64,000 nt of DNA from Coriobacteriia bacterium (GTDB taxonomy: Bacteria; Actinomycetota; Coriobacteriia; Anaerosomatales; PALSA-660). The translations under genes and the position numbers were made by a program. The DNA is taken from assembly GCA_036507895.1 (NCBI GenBank), contig DATCIG010000013.1:26573-90572 (forward strand), read 5' to 3'. This document shows positions 48,393 to 57,370 of this stretch, piece by piece. How positions within the stretch are numbered: the first letter of the stretch is position 1; each line of letters opens with the position of its first letter. The notes below the pieces were generated by a model that was given only the letters and a program-made list of their open reading frames with translations, was not told the origin of the DNA and made no database searches.

Positions 48393-48442
48393 TATAGCAT
48401 AAGACGTGTTTGTTTCGTCCTCTTTTCGAGAACGCTCTCCGT

Positions 48443-48469
48443 GAAATCCCGTGGAAACACGGGCGAAAC
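48443..48469 (+). promoter_or_regulatory. Three GAAA(C/T) pentamers at 11-bp periodicity upstream of amt; candidate GlnR/OmpR-type site
   Basis: GAAAT-cccgtg-GAAAC-acgggc-GAAAC, 75-100 nt upstream of the amt ATG. The spacers are themselves an inverted repeat (CCCGTG/CACGGG). Confidence 0.35.
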
Positions 48470-48542
48470 AACCAGGCCGCACGATGCGAACACGAAGGGC
48501 CGCTGAGGCGGATCCCGCTGCCCGCTGGAAAGGAGCCGACGG

Positions 48543-49772
48543 ATGCCCGCGATCGATACCGGTTCGACCGCCTGGATGCTCGTGTCCGCCGCGATGGTCT
48601 TGTTCATGACGCCCGGGCTCGCGCTGTTCTACGCGGGTATGGTGCGCAGTAAGAACGTGCTCTCCTCCACGATGCACTCGCTGTTCGCAATGGGGCTGGT
48701 CTCCGTGATCTGGGCGGTGATCGGCTACACGCTCGCCTTCGGACGGGACGTCGGAGGAGTCATCGGCGGACTCGACTTCGCCGGACTCTCCGGAGTTCTC
48801 GGCGCCGTCACGGGAACGGGCACGTCTGCGATCCCGACGAGCGTGTTCGCGATGTACCAGGGCATGTTTGCGATCATCACCGTGGGGCTGATCACCGGGG
48901 CGGTCGCCGAGCGCATGAAGTTCAAGGCCTACGTCATCTTCGCGGCGCTGTGGGCGGTGCTGGTCTACAGCCCGCTCGCCCACTGGGTATGGGGCGGCGG
49001 ATGGCTCATGAGACTCGGCGCGCTCGACTTCGCCGGCGGCACCGTCGTGCACATCGCATCGGCCGCCGCCGCGCTGGCGGCCGCGATCGTACTCGGCAAG
49101 CGCCGGGGTCACGGGACCGAGGAGATGCGACCCCACAACATCCCGATGTCCGTCCTAGGTGCGGGGATCCTGTGGTTCGGCTGGTTCGGGTTCAACGCGG
49201 GCTCCGCACTCGGCTCCGGTCAGCTGGCGGGCTCGGCATTCATGGCCACCAACCTCTCGGCTGCTGCGGGAATGCTCGCCTGGACTCTCGCCGAGGTCCT
49301 CGGTGGCCACAAACCCACGGTGCTCGGCGCGGCCTCCGGTGCGGTCGCGGGACTCGTCGGCATCACACCGGCTGCAGGCTTCGTCGGCCCGATGCCCGCA
49401 TTGGCGATCGGCGCGATCACCGGCCTGCTGTGCTACTTCGGGCTGCGCCTGAAATCGCGCTTCGGCTTCGACGACGCACTCGACGTGGTGGGCGTACACG
49501 GAGTCGGCGGCACCACCGGCGCCATCCTGACCGGTGTGTTCGCGAGTCTCGCGGTCAACTCCGCCGGAGCGAACGGGTTGTTGTTCGGGGGCGGATTCGC
49601 GCTGCTGGGCAAGCAGCTGGTCGGCGTGGGAGCCACGATCGCGTTCTCATTCACTGTGTCATTCATCATCCTGAAACTTCTCGACTCTACGATGGGCATA
49701 CGCGTCGATGCAGAGACCGAGACGGTCGGCCTCGACATCGGAGAGCACGCGGAGACCGGGTACGAGTTCTAG
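48543..49772 (+). CDS. amtB: Ammonium transporter
   Basis: AWMLVSAAMVLFMTPGLALFYAGMVR, DFAGGTVVHI and VHGVGGTTGAILTG. AAAGGAG SD. Confidence 0.95.
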   Translation: MPAIDTGSTAWMLVSAAMVLFMTPGLALFYAGMVRSKNVLSSTMHSLFAMGLVSVIWAVIGYTLAFGRDVGGVIGGLDFAGLSGVLGAVTGTGTSAIPTSVFAMYQGMFAIITVGLITGAVAERMKFKAYVIFAALWAVLVYSPLAHWVWGGGWLMRLGALDFAGGTVVHIASAAAALAAAIVLGKRRGHGTEEMRPHNIPMSVLGAGILWFGWFGFNAGSALGSGQLAGSAFMATNLSAAAGMLAWTLAEVLGGHKPTVLGAASGAVAGLVGITPAAGFVGPMPALAIGAITGLLCYFGLRLKSRFGFDDALDVVGVHGVGGTTGAILTGVFASLAVNSAGANGLLFGGGFALLGKQLVGVGATIAFSFTVSFIILKLLDSTMGIRVDAETETVGLDIGEHAETGYEF

Positions 49773-50135
<363 letters not shown>

Positions 50136-50137
50136 AC

Positions 50138-52435
50138 ATGCCGATCGCAGGCGTCGCCGAGTTCCTGCAGCAGCGGGAGACACTCATCACCTCGGCGACC
50201 CCGGGGCCTGAGGCCGCTCGCGCGCTCAGCGACCTCTCGGACAGGGCCGTCACCGCACTCGCGGAGACGGCCCTGTCCGCACTCGGTTCCCCATGGGTGG
50301 TGCTCGCGCTCGGGGGCTGGGGAGCGCAGCGGCTGCTCCCCCACTCCGACCTCGACCTCCTGATCGTCGCGGACGCTCCGCCGGCGGAGCTGCGCACGGC
50401 GTTGCGCGACGTGCTCTACCCGCTGTGGGACGCGGGGCTCATCGTCGGGCATCAGGTGCGGACGCTGCGGGACCACGAACGCGCGTGCCGGGGTGACCTG
50501 CAGACGCTCACGGCGACGCTGACCGGCCGCACCCTGTGCGGCGATCGCGCCCTCGGCGAGCGGCTTCTGGGAGACGTGGCCTCCGGCGCCCGCAAGCACG
50601 CGCGCGCGCTCGCGCGAGAACTGGCACAGCGCCCTCGTCCCGGGTCGCCGTATCTGCTGGAACCCGACCTCAAGACCGGCGCGGGCGGTCAGCGCGATCT
50701 TGACGAACTGGTCTGGCTCGGCGGCGTGCTGGCCGGGGCGCCCTCAGTCGGACCGGGCGCGCTCGCGGATGTGGGGCTCCTTGAGGCGGACGAACCTCAT
50801 CGGCTGGCCTGCGCCGCTTCGACGATCACCGAGGCGCGCTGGGCGTTGCACCGCCTGTCCCCGCGACCCACCTCGCTCATGACACTCGAACTCGCGGCCG
50901 AGTCGGAGATCGACGCCGAAGACATCCAGCGCGCCCTCGCGACCGCACATCACCTCCTGCTGCGCGTGCGCGGTCGCGTCGCGGACCGTCTCACGCGGTT
51001 CGACCCGCACTCGGGCCGGGAGCCGGTCCCGCTCGACGGTCCGGAGCTGTTCGCGCTCCTCGACGCCGGCGAGGCAGCCCTCCCCGCCCTCGAAGAGGCC
51101 GCGTGGTCCGGACTGCTCGACGACCTCGCTCCCGCGTTCGGTGAGCTGATGACGGTCCGGAGGCCCGCGCTGTCGCACCGCTACACCGTCGGAGAACACT
51201 GCCTGCGCACCGCAACGCTCGTCTCGGGACTCTCCGCCCTCCCCGAAGCGGCGCGGGCGGACTCCGCCACCGCCGACATGCGCCCATTGCAGCTCGCCGC
51301 ACTCTTGCACGACGTCGGCAAGACGCAGCGCGCCCCCGGCCACGCCCGTCGCGGCGCGGCGGTCGTCGAGACGCTCGGTGGCCGGTTCGGACTGGACCTG
51401 GAACAGGCGCGGGAGGCCGCGCACCTCGTCCGCGAACACCTGCTCCTTCCGCAGATCGCGTTCGGACAGGACATCCACGACGAAGACGTCCTTCTGCGCG
51501 CGGCCTCCCACCTGCCCGGACCGGCCGCGGTCGATGCGCTGTACCTGCTCACGGAGGCGGACTCACTCGCGACGGGACCGGGCTCCTGGACGGCATGGCA
51601 TGCGGCGCTGGTGGGCGAGCTGACGGACCGCCTGAAGGCGGCGCTGTCGGACGAGGTCGCCGGAGCAGGAATCGTCGGGCACGCGGAGGCGGTGCGCGCC
51701 GATGCGCTCGCATCGCTCGGCGCAGAGGCGGCCGGTGCGGCGGCGATCGCCTTCACGCGACGCGCCTCGCTGCGCTACCTGGCGGCCACCGCCGCAAGCG
51801 ATGTCGTCCACCACGCGAAGCTCGTGACCGGCGTTGCAGCCGGAGGGGTCCGGGACGGCTTCGGCGTGTTCGTCGGCAGCGGTCCCACCCCGGAGAGTTG
51901 GCGCGTCAGCGTCGCGGCCTTCGACCGGCCCGGACTCTTTGCCGCCCTGTGCGGGGCGCTCACGCTCTCCGGCCTGGACATCATGGGCGCCGACGCGTAC
52001 GACGCTCACGACGGGGTGGCGATCGACGTCTTCGTGGTGCGGTCCGACACGCTGGCGGTCGTCGACACCGCGACCTGGGCCGCCTTCGAACGCCACCTGC
52101 AGGGTGCGTTCACGGACCCGACGGGCCTCGCTGCGCGCATCTTCGAACGGCAGCGCCACTACCCGACGGCCGCACGCCATCGGCTGCACGTCGAGGCGGG
52201 CGCGACAGGCGCGTACGCGACCGAGGTCCGGGTCCGCGCGGCGGACCGGATCGGACTCCTCTACGACCTCGCACAGGCCTTCGCCCGGACCGGGCTGCAG
52301 ATCCGCTGGGCGCGGGCGATGACGAAGGACGGCGTCGCGCACGACGTCTTCCACGTGACCGACACGTTCGGGGAGCCCGTGGACGACCCCGGCGTACTCG
52401 GGCACCTCGCTATGCATATACGGGAGTGCGCCTGA
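50138..52435 (+). CDS. glnD: [Protein-PII] uridylyl/adenylyl-transferase GlnD
   Basis: Nucleotidyltransferase motif (ALGGWGAQRLLPHSDLDLLIV), HD domain (LLHDVGK) and two C-terminal ACT-like domains. ATG at 50138, 2 nt after the glnK stop. The upstream part of ORF 48950..52435 overlaps amt/glnK out of frame. Confidence 0.9.
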   Translation: MPIAGVAEFLQQRETLITSATPGPEAARALSDLSDRAVTALAETALSALGSPWVVLALGGWGAQRLLPHSDLDLLIVADAPPAELRTALRDVLYPLWDAGLIVGHQVRTLRDHERACRGDLQTLTATLTGRTLCGDRALGERLLGDVASGARKHARALARELAQRPRPGSPYLLEPDLKTGAGGQRDLDELVWLGGVLAGAPSVGPGALADVGLLEADEPHRLACAASTITEARWALHRLSPRPTSLMTLELAAESEIDAEDIQRALATAHHLLLRVRGRVADRLTRFDPHSGREPVPLDGPELFALLDAGEAALPALEEAAWSGLLDDLAPAFGELMTVRRPALSHRYTVGEHCLRTATLVSGLSALPEAARADSATADMRPLQLAALLHDVGKTQRAPGHARRGAAVVETLGGRFGLDLEQAREAAHLVREHLLLPQIAFGQDIHDEDVLLRAASHLPGPAAVDALYLLTEADSLATGPGSWTAWHAALVGELTDRLKAALSDEVAGAGIVGHAEAVRADALASLGAEAAGAAAIAFTRRASLRYLAATAASDVVHHAKLVTGVAAGGVRDGFGVFVGSGPTPESWRVSVAAFDRPGLFAALCGALTLSGLDIMGADAYDAHDGVAIDVFVVRSDTLAVVDTATWAAFERHLQGAFTDPTGLAARIFERQRHYPTAARHRLHVEAGATGAYATEVRVRAADRIGLLYDLAQAFARTGLQIRWARAMTKDGVAHDVFHVTDTFGEPVDDPGVLGHLAMHIRECA

Positions 52436-52504
52436 CCCCGCTTCTGCGCACCGCGACGGGTACCATAGCCATGCGTACCCACATCCGCGTCCGAGGAGCC
52501 GTGC

Positions 52505-53047
52505 ATGGCCACCATCTATACGAAGTCCGGAGACGCAGGCGCGACGTCTCTCCCGGATGGAACGAGAGTCGGTAAGGACGATCCCCGCATCGCCCTGTAC
52601 GGCGCGCTCGATGAAGCCAACTGCCTGATCGGGCTGGCACGCGTCAGCGTCTTGGACAGCGGGCTCGATGCGGCGCTCGGGTTCATCCAGCACCGGCTGT
52701 TCAACTGCGGCGCGTGCCTGCCGGGTCCGACGACCTCCCCGAACGGGCCGCGCATCGACGCACAGGACGTGACCGCGCTCGAGGCGGTCATCGACCGCTA
52801 CTCTGCCCGCCTCGGGTCGTGGGGCTTCACACTTCCCGGCTGCGACGAGGTCTCCGCGCGGCTGCACGTGGCGCGCGCGGTGATGCGTCGCGCCGAACGG
52901 GAAGCGGTGCGCCTGAACTCCACCGATACGGTGGACCCGATGGTCCTCGCCTTCCTCAACCGGGCAAGCGACCTGCTGTACGTCGCAGCGCGCTACACGG
53001 GCAACGGCAACGAGTGCGCGTGGCACCCCGACGCGGAACGCCCGTGA
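52505..53047 (+). CDS. PduO-type ATP:cob(I)alamin adenosyltransferase
   Basis: MATIYTKSGDAGATSL.DG.RV.KDDPRI.LYGALDEAN is the characteristic PduO/MMAB N-terminus. Confidence 0.85.
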   Translation: MATIYTKSGDAGATSLPDGTRVGKDDPRIALYGALDEANCLIGLARVSVLDSGLDAALGFIQHRLFNCGACLPGPTTSPNGPRIDAQDVTALEAVIDRYSARLGSWGFTLPGCDEVSARLHVARAVMRRAEREAVRLNSTDTVDPMVLAFLNRASDLLYVAARYTGNGNECAWHPDAERP

Positions 53048-53862
53048 GTGCGACCGAGGCGTACAACCGCCTCCTCGACCGGCTGCGCGAACTCGACAGC
53101 GTGCTCGTGGCGTACTCCGGGGGCGTCGATTCGACGCTGCTTGCCGTCGCCGCGCGCGAGGCGCTGCCGGGACGCACACTCGCCGTCCTCGCATCCTCGG
53201 CGACCTACCCGCGCACCGAGATCGAGGCCGCCAAGGCGACGGCCGCGGAGCTCGGTCTCGACCTGTTCGAGGTCGAGACCGACGAGCTCGCCGACCCGCG
53301 CTTCGCGTCCAACCCGTCCGACCGCTGCTACTACTGCAAGCAGGAACTCTTCGGGATGCTGCGCGGGGTCGCGGACTCTCGCGACCTGATGCACGTGGCG
53401 GACGGCAACAACGCGGACGATGCGTCCGACCACCGGCCGGGACACCGGGCGGCCCTGGAACTGGGCGTGGTCAGCCCGCTGCAGGAAGTCGGCCTCACCA
53501 AACAGGACATCCGCGACATCTCGCGCATGCTCGGCCTGCCGACCGCCGACAAGCCCTCGATGGCCTGCCTCGCCTCGCGTTTCCCGTACGGGACGGTGAT
53601 CGACGTCGCGGGCCTCGACCGCGTGGGCGCGGCCGAGGACGGGCTGCGAGCGCTCGGGTTCGTCCAGACGCGCGTACGCGCGCACGGAGACGTCGCCCGC
53701 CTCGAGATCGCCCCTGACGAGCTGGAGCGCGCGTTCGCCGAGCGCACGGCGGTGTCCGCCGCACTCAAGGCCGCCGGCTTCACCTATGCGGCCCTCGACC
53801 TGGACGGATACCGCACGGGCTCGCTCAACGAGACGCTCTCCGAAGAGGCGCGCGGCCGATGA
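53044..53862 (+). CDS. larE: LarE-like PP-loop ATP-dependent sulfur transferase (TIGR00268-type)
   Basis: PP-loop VAYSGGVDSTLL, CYYCK, and ACLASRFPYG containing the LarE-type Cys. The GTG at 53044 overlaps the upstream TGA (GTGA). Confidence 0.75.
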   Translation: MSATEAYNRLLDRLRELDSVLVAYSGGVDSTLLAVAAREALPGRTLAVLASSATYPRTEIEAAKATAAELGLDLFEVETDELADPRFASNPSDRCYYCKQELFGMLRGVADSRDLMHVADGNNADDASDHRPGHRAALELGVVSPLQEVGLTKQDIRDISRMLGLPTADKPSMACLASRFPYGTVIDVAGLDRVGAAEDGLRALGFVQTRVRAHGDVARLEIAPDELERAFAERTAVSAALKAAGFTYAALDLDGYRTGSLNETLSEEARGR

Positions 53863-53869
53863 GCACGCT

Positions 53870-53900
53870 GGCGAACGGATGGCTCTGGGCCACGTTCGCC
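53870..53900. terminator. Hairpin in the convergent gap
   Basis: GGCGAACG-n15-CGTTCGCC, an 8-bp stem between the larE stop and the stop of the minus-strand membrane protein gene. Confidence 0.4.
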
Positions 53901-53910
53901 CGGAGAAGAA

Positions 53911-54381
53911 CTACTTCAGGATCGGGCTCGACTCGGTGACGGTGTTGGTGCTGCTGGCGATCGGCATGGTCGGGCTCGGGAGGATACCGGGCTGATCCTG
54001 CGTCGACCGCCCGAACCGCCACCGTCCGAGCGCAACGGCCATCGCGATCGCGACGCCCAGTGCCAGAACGATGAGCCACTTGGGTTCGGCCGTGAACGAC
54101 AAGGCCACACTCCACAGCGCCGTGAACCCGCTGGCGAAGAGGAACCCACCCGTCAACCAGGGCATCCGATCGTTGATGATCATGCCGGCGACCATGAGGA
54201 CTCCTGCGGCCGTCAGGCCCGTCAGCACGGGAGACAGACCGGGGTTGCCCCCCAAACCGCTGGTGTCGACCATCCACGTGAACACGATCACGGCCACGAA
54301 CGATGCCATCAGCCCGCCGAGCAGCAGACTGTATATCTCCGGAACGCCGTTCGAACGCTTCTCGCCACTCACCGCGACCAC
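53911..54381 (-). CDS. Hypothetical membrane protein (4 TM)
   Basis: Hydrophobic segments (IYSLLLGGLMASFVAVIVFTWMV, LTGLTAAGVLMVAGMII, GGFLFASGFTALWSVALSF, LIVLALGVAIAMAVAL). GTG start at 54381, or alternatively 54372. Confidence 0.5.
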   Translation of the reverse strand: MVAVSGEKRSNGVPEIYSLLLGGLMASFVAVIVFTWMVDTSGLGGNPGLSPVLTGLTAAGVLMVAGMIINDRMPWLTGGFLFASGFTALWSVALSFTAEPKWLIVLALGVAIAMAVALGRWRFGRSTQDQPGILPSPTMPIASSTNTVTESSPILK

Positions 54382-54410
54382 TCCCCCTACGTCATCGCCG
54401 CCGAAGCGGC

Positions 54411-55766
54411 TTATGCCAGCAGCTCACGCATCGCTGCGCGCCATACGGCGGGCAGCCGTTCCTGGAGCTTCGCAGGGCTCCCGATACTCTCGCCGATCAT
54501 CCGCGTCACGAACGGGCGCGCCACCTCCATGATGTCGATGTCGGGGTAAAGACGCCGAGCCACGCCCTCGACCGTCGCGAGCGACTTCACGAGCAATCCG
54601 TAGCCGCCCGGGATCCCGATCCCATTCCGACGCAGGAGTCCGAGGAACCCGAAACCGAAGTGCCGGAAATCGGTGCTCCCCCCACCCATCGTGGCGTCGA
54701 GCAGCTCCCCGAGCTCGCGCCGGACCGTGGCGACCTTCTCCGGCGGCACGATGACCCCGAGGTTCGCGGAGTAGCGCAACGCGCGGTCTGCGTCGCGGTA
54801 CACGAATCCGGCCAGCACCTGCGCGATGTCACCGCGCTCGGCATCGGTCAGGTGCCCGACGATCCCGAAATCCAGATACGCGATGCGGCCGTCGGGCGTC
54901 ACGAAGAGATTCGACGGGTGCAGATCGGCGTGATAGCGGCCGTAGAGCATGACCTGGCGCATGAACGCCGTGGCCCCGTGAACGGCAAGCCCGTGCGCGT
55001 CGACGCCGGCCAGCTCCGCCTCGTCGAGCTCCGAGAGACGCCAGCCGTACATCCGCTCCATGGTGAGCACCTGCGGCGATGTCCGCGGCCACACGATCCG
55101 CGGGACGACGATCTGCGGGTCGGGCCGGAAGTCGAAGGCGAAGCGGTCGGCGACCCTGCCCTCGACACGCAGGTCGAGTTCGCGCGCCACCGACTGCTCG
55201 AACTCCTGCAGAAGCGAACTCACATCGATGCCGCGCAAGGTACGGCGCACGATCGGGTTCGCGGCGAGCCTCCACGCCTCCGCGATATCACCGTTGAGCG
55301 CCGCCGCCGCGCCCGGGCGGATCACCTTGATGACCACCTCGGCGCCGGCGGGCAACTCGTCGCCCCACACCGGCCGATACGCCGAGTGCAGCGTCGCGGC
55401 GTGCACCTGCGCGATCGAAGCGGTCGCGAGCGGCGTCGGATCGATGGTCGCGAACAACTCGGAGAGCGGCGCTCCGAGCCCGCCCTCGATCACCGGAACG
55501 AGCTTCTCGAACGGCACCGGGGCCACCCGGTCGCGCAGCCGCTCCATCTCACCGGCGAGCTCGTCGCCGAACTCGTCCGGCCGCACCGAGATCATCTGGC
55601 CGAGCTTGATGAAGGCGCCACCAAGCTCCTCGAACGCCCGCCGCCACTCCTGTGCGAAGACGGTCCGACGGACGCTCGTCGGCGCCAGGCCGAAGCGCGC
55701 GCGCACGATCCCGGCGACGAAGTGCCGCACGAGAGTCCGCGTGACGTGCCCTGATCGGGCGGTCAT
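54411..55766 (-). CDS. ABC1/UbiB (AarF) atypical kinase family protein
   Basis: GGAFIKLGQMISVRPDEF, PLATASIAQVHAA, VIKVIRPG and HADLHPSNLFV are ABC1 kinase motifs. Confidence 0.9.
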   Translation of the reverse strand: MTARSGHVTRTLVRHFVAGIVRARFGLAPTSVRRTVFAQEWRRAFEELGGAFIKLGQMISVRPDEFGDELAGEMERLRDRVAPVPFEKLVPVIEGGLGAPLSELFATIDPTPLATASIAQVHAATLHSAYRPVWGDELPAGAEVVIKVIRPGAAAALNGDIAEAWRLAANPIVRRTLRGIDVSSLLQEFEQSVARELDLRVEGRVADRFAFDFRPDPQIVVPRIVWPRTSPQVLTMERMYGWRLSELDEAELAGVDAHGLAVHGATAFMRQVMLYGRYHADLHPSNLFVTPDGRIAYLDFGIVGHLTDAERGDIAQVLAGFVYRDADRALRYSANLGVIVPPEKVATVRRELGELLDATMGGGSTDFRHFGFGFLGLLRRNGIGIPGGYGLLVKSLATVEGVARRLYPDIDIMEVARPFVTRMIGESIGSPAKLQERLPAVWRAAMRELLA

Positions 55767-55768
55767 GG

Positions 55769-56116
55769 CTAGTGCGCCCCCGTCGCGCCGAGGTGTGAGG
55801 CGATGACGTCGAGAGTGGTCTGCATCTGGTCGAGGCGCCCGCGAAGCTCCGCGACCTCGAACCTGACCTCGTCGAGACGCTCATCGCCGGCATCCTCGGC
55901 CGGGCCGGCTCCGCCTGTGGCGATCTGCTCCTTGAGGCGCGCCTTCTCCTCGGCGACCATCGCCATGAACCCATCGGTGAATGCGTCGGGCCCGCCGGAC
56001 ATCCCTTCGCCCGCGACCGCCTGGCCGCGTGCAACGGACTGCACCATGAGGTCGTCGGCCTGATCGTGCGTGAACATCCACAGTGCGAAGAACTTCATCG
56101 GATCAAACGCTGCCAT
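55769..56116 (-). CDS. Hypothetical protein with a C-terminal coiled coil, coupled to the ABC1 kinase gene
   Basis: MAAFDPMKFFALWMF...EEKARLKEQI...LDEVRFEVAELRGRLDQMQTTLDVI. Its stop is 2 nt before the kinase ATG. Start at ATG 56116 or GTG 56125. Confidence 0.5.
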   Translation of the reverse strand: MAAFDPMKFFALWMFTHDQADDLMVQSVARGQAVAGEGMSGGPDAFTDGFMAMVAEEKARLKEQIATGGAGPAEDAGDERLDEVRFEVAELRGRLDQMQTTLDVIASHLGATGAH

Positions 56117-56182
56117 TCTCGTCACGCCCTCTCGCTCGCTTCAACCCTGCACACTCGATTCCCTCAAATCCCTTGCGGGCGA

Positions 56183-56686
56183 TCACACGATCCACCGGAA
56201 TGCGTGAGAAAGCAGCGCCGCGCCCAAGAGGACCGCGGAGGCCGCAGTGATCGTCAGATAGGCGATCAGCGTCTCCCTTCCGGCGACGCGACGCTCGGCG
56301 GCCACGTCGCGCATCACGGCCACAAGAACGACCGCGAGGCCGATGCTCATCGCATCCGCTAGGAGCAGCAAGGCGAGGACCGCCAAAAGCAGCGGCAGCA
56401 GGATCGCGCTCTGGTCGCCCTGCGTTGAGAGGACCGAGAACACGGCGAAGAACACCACGATCAGGGCGACGGTCCCGAGCGCCAGGACCATCGCCGTACG
56501 GCCGAGCCGAGTCACCCCACCGGACCGGTCACCGGGATCACATCCGATCCCCGATGCCTCATGACGCGACCGCCTGTCGCCCAGGTATGTCGCGATGCCG
56601 AGACCGACCCACAACGGTAGGCTGATCGCGATCCAGAACAGGCTCAGCACGTACAACAGTTCACCGATGCCGACTGCGAATTCCAT
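56183..56686 (-). CDS. Hypothetical 4-TM membrane protein; paralogue of the adjacent gene
   Basis: MEFAVGIGELLYVLSLFWIAISLPLWVGLGIATYLGDRRSR...RRVAGRETLIAYLTITAASAVLLGAALL. Internal ATG at 56686. Confidence 0.55.
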   Translation of the reverse strand: MEFAVGIGELLYVLSLFWIAISLPLWVGLGIATYLGDRRSRHEASGIGCDPGDRSGGVTRLGRTAMVLALGTVALIVVFFAVFSVLSTQGDQSAILLPLLLAVLALLLLADAMSIGLAVVLVAVMRDVAAERRVAGRETLIAYLTITAASAVLLGAALLSHAFRWIV

Positions 56687-56714
56687 GGCCCCTCCACCTC
56701 GGTTCGAATGATCG

Positions 56715-57221
56715 TCACAGTAGTTGGACGTGGCCACCTGCGGCCACCAGAGCACAGACCAGGAGAGCGGCCTGTATCCCTGTTGTGAGCGTGTATGCGA
56801 TCGCGCTGTCACGACCGGCTACCAGATCCCCTCTCCGGATCTCACAGATCGAGGCGATGAAGAGCGTCGCAAGCCCCGCAGACATGGCGGGCACCGACCA
56901 CAGCAGAGAGGTTCCAGCGCTGAGCAGGCCCATGGGCACCGGGCCACGACCCGGCAGAACGATGCCCAAGCCGATCACGATGACGCCCAGGCACAGCGCT
57001 CCTGCCGTGATGGCCGCTGCGATCTTCACGGGCTGCGCGTACCGCGTCACCTGAGGATCGGCCATCCCGGTCTGCTCCCGGGTGTCGGCGAACGCCGCGC
57101 GACTGCGCCGGCTCGAGAAGTAGGTGACCGCTGCCAGCGCCAGCCAGAACGGCAGTCCGCAGAAGGCCCACAAGAGAGCCAGCGCCGACATCCACCAGGC
57201 AACGAAGTACATATCCGGCAT
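56715..57221 (-). CDS. Hypothetical 4-TM membrane protein; paralogue of the adjacent gene
   Basis: MPDMYFVAWWMSALALLWAFCGLPFWLALAAVTYFSSRRSR...DLVAGRDSAIAYTLTTGIQAALLVCALV has the same architecture and shared motifs as 56183..56686. GAGGGG SD. Confidence 0.6.
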   Translation of the reverse strand: MPDMYFVAWWMSALALLWAFCGLPFWLALAAVTYFSSRRSRAAFADTREQTGMADPQVTRYAQPVKIAAAITAGALCLGVIVIGLGIVLPGRGPVPMGLLSAGTSLLWSVPAMSAGLATLFIASICEIRRGDLVAGRDSAIAYTLTTGIQAALLVCALVAAGGHVQLL

Positions 57222-57305
57222 ACCCCTCGCCCCATCCCCCGACCGGGACCATCCATCCGCTCATCTAACTATTACGCAATATGTTATATAGCACACGGCG
57301 TATTA

Positions 57306-57366
57306 GATGAACGGCATTTCAATGCCCAATCAATGTGACGAACGGGGCAATTACGTTGACGAACGG
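57306..57366. repeat. Three direct copies of GA(T/C)GAACGG in an AT-richer intergenic region
   Basis: GATGAACGG (57306-57314), TGACGAACGG (57336-57345) and TGACGAACGG (57357-57366). The last two are 21 bp apart. The repeats lie between the ATPase stop and the start of the membrane-protein pair. Confidence 0.5.
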
Positions 57367-57370
57367 TTGT

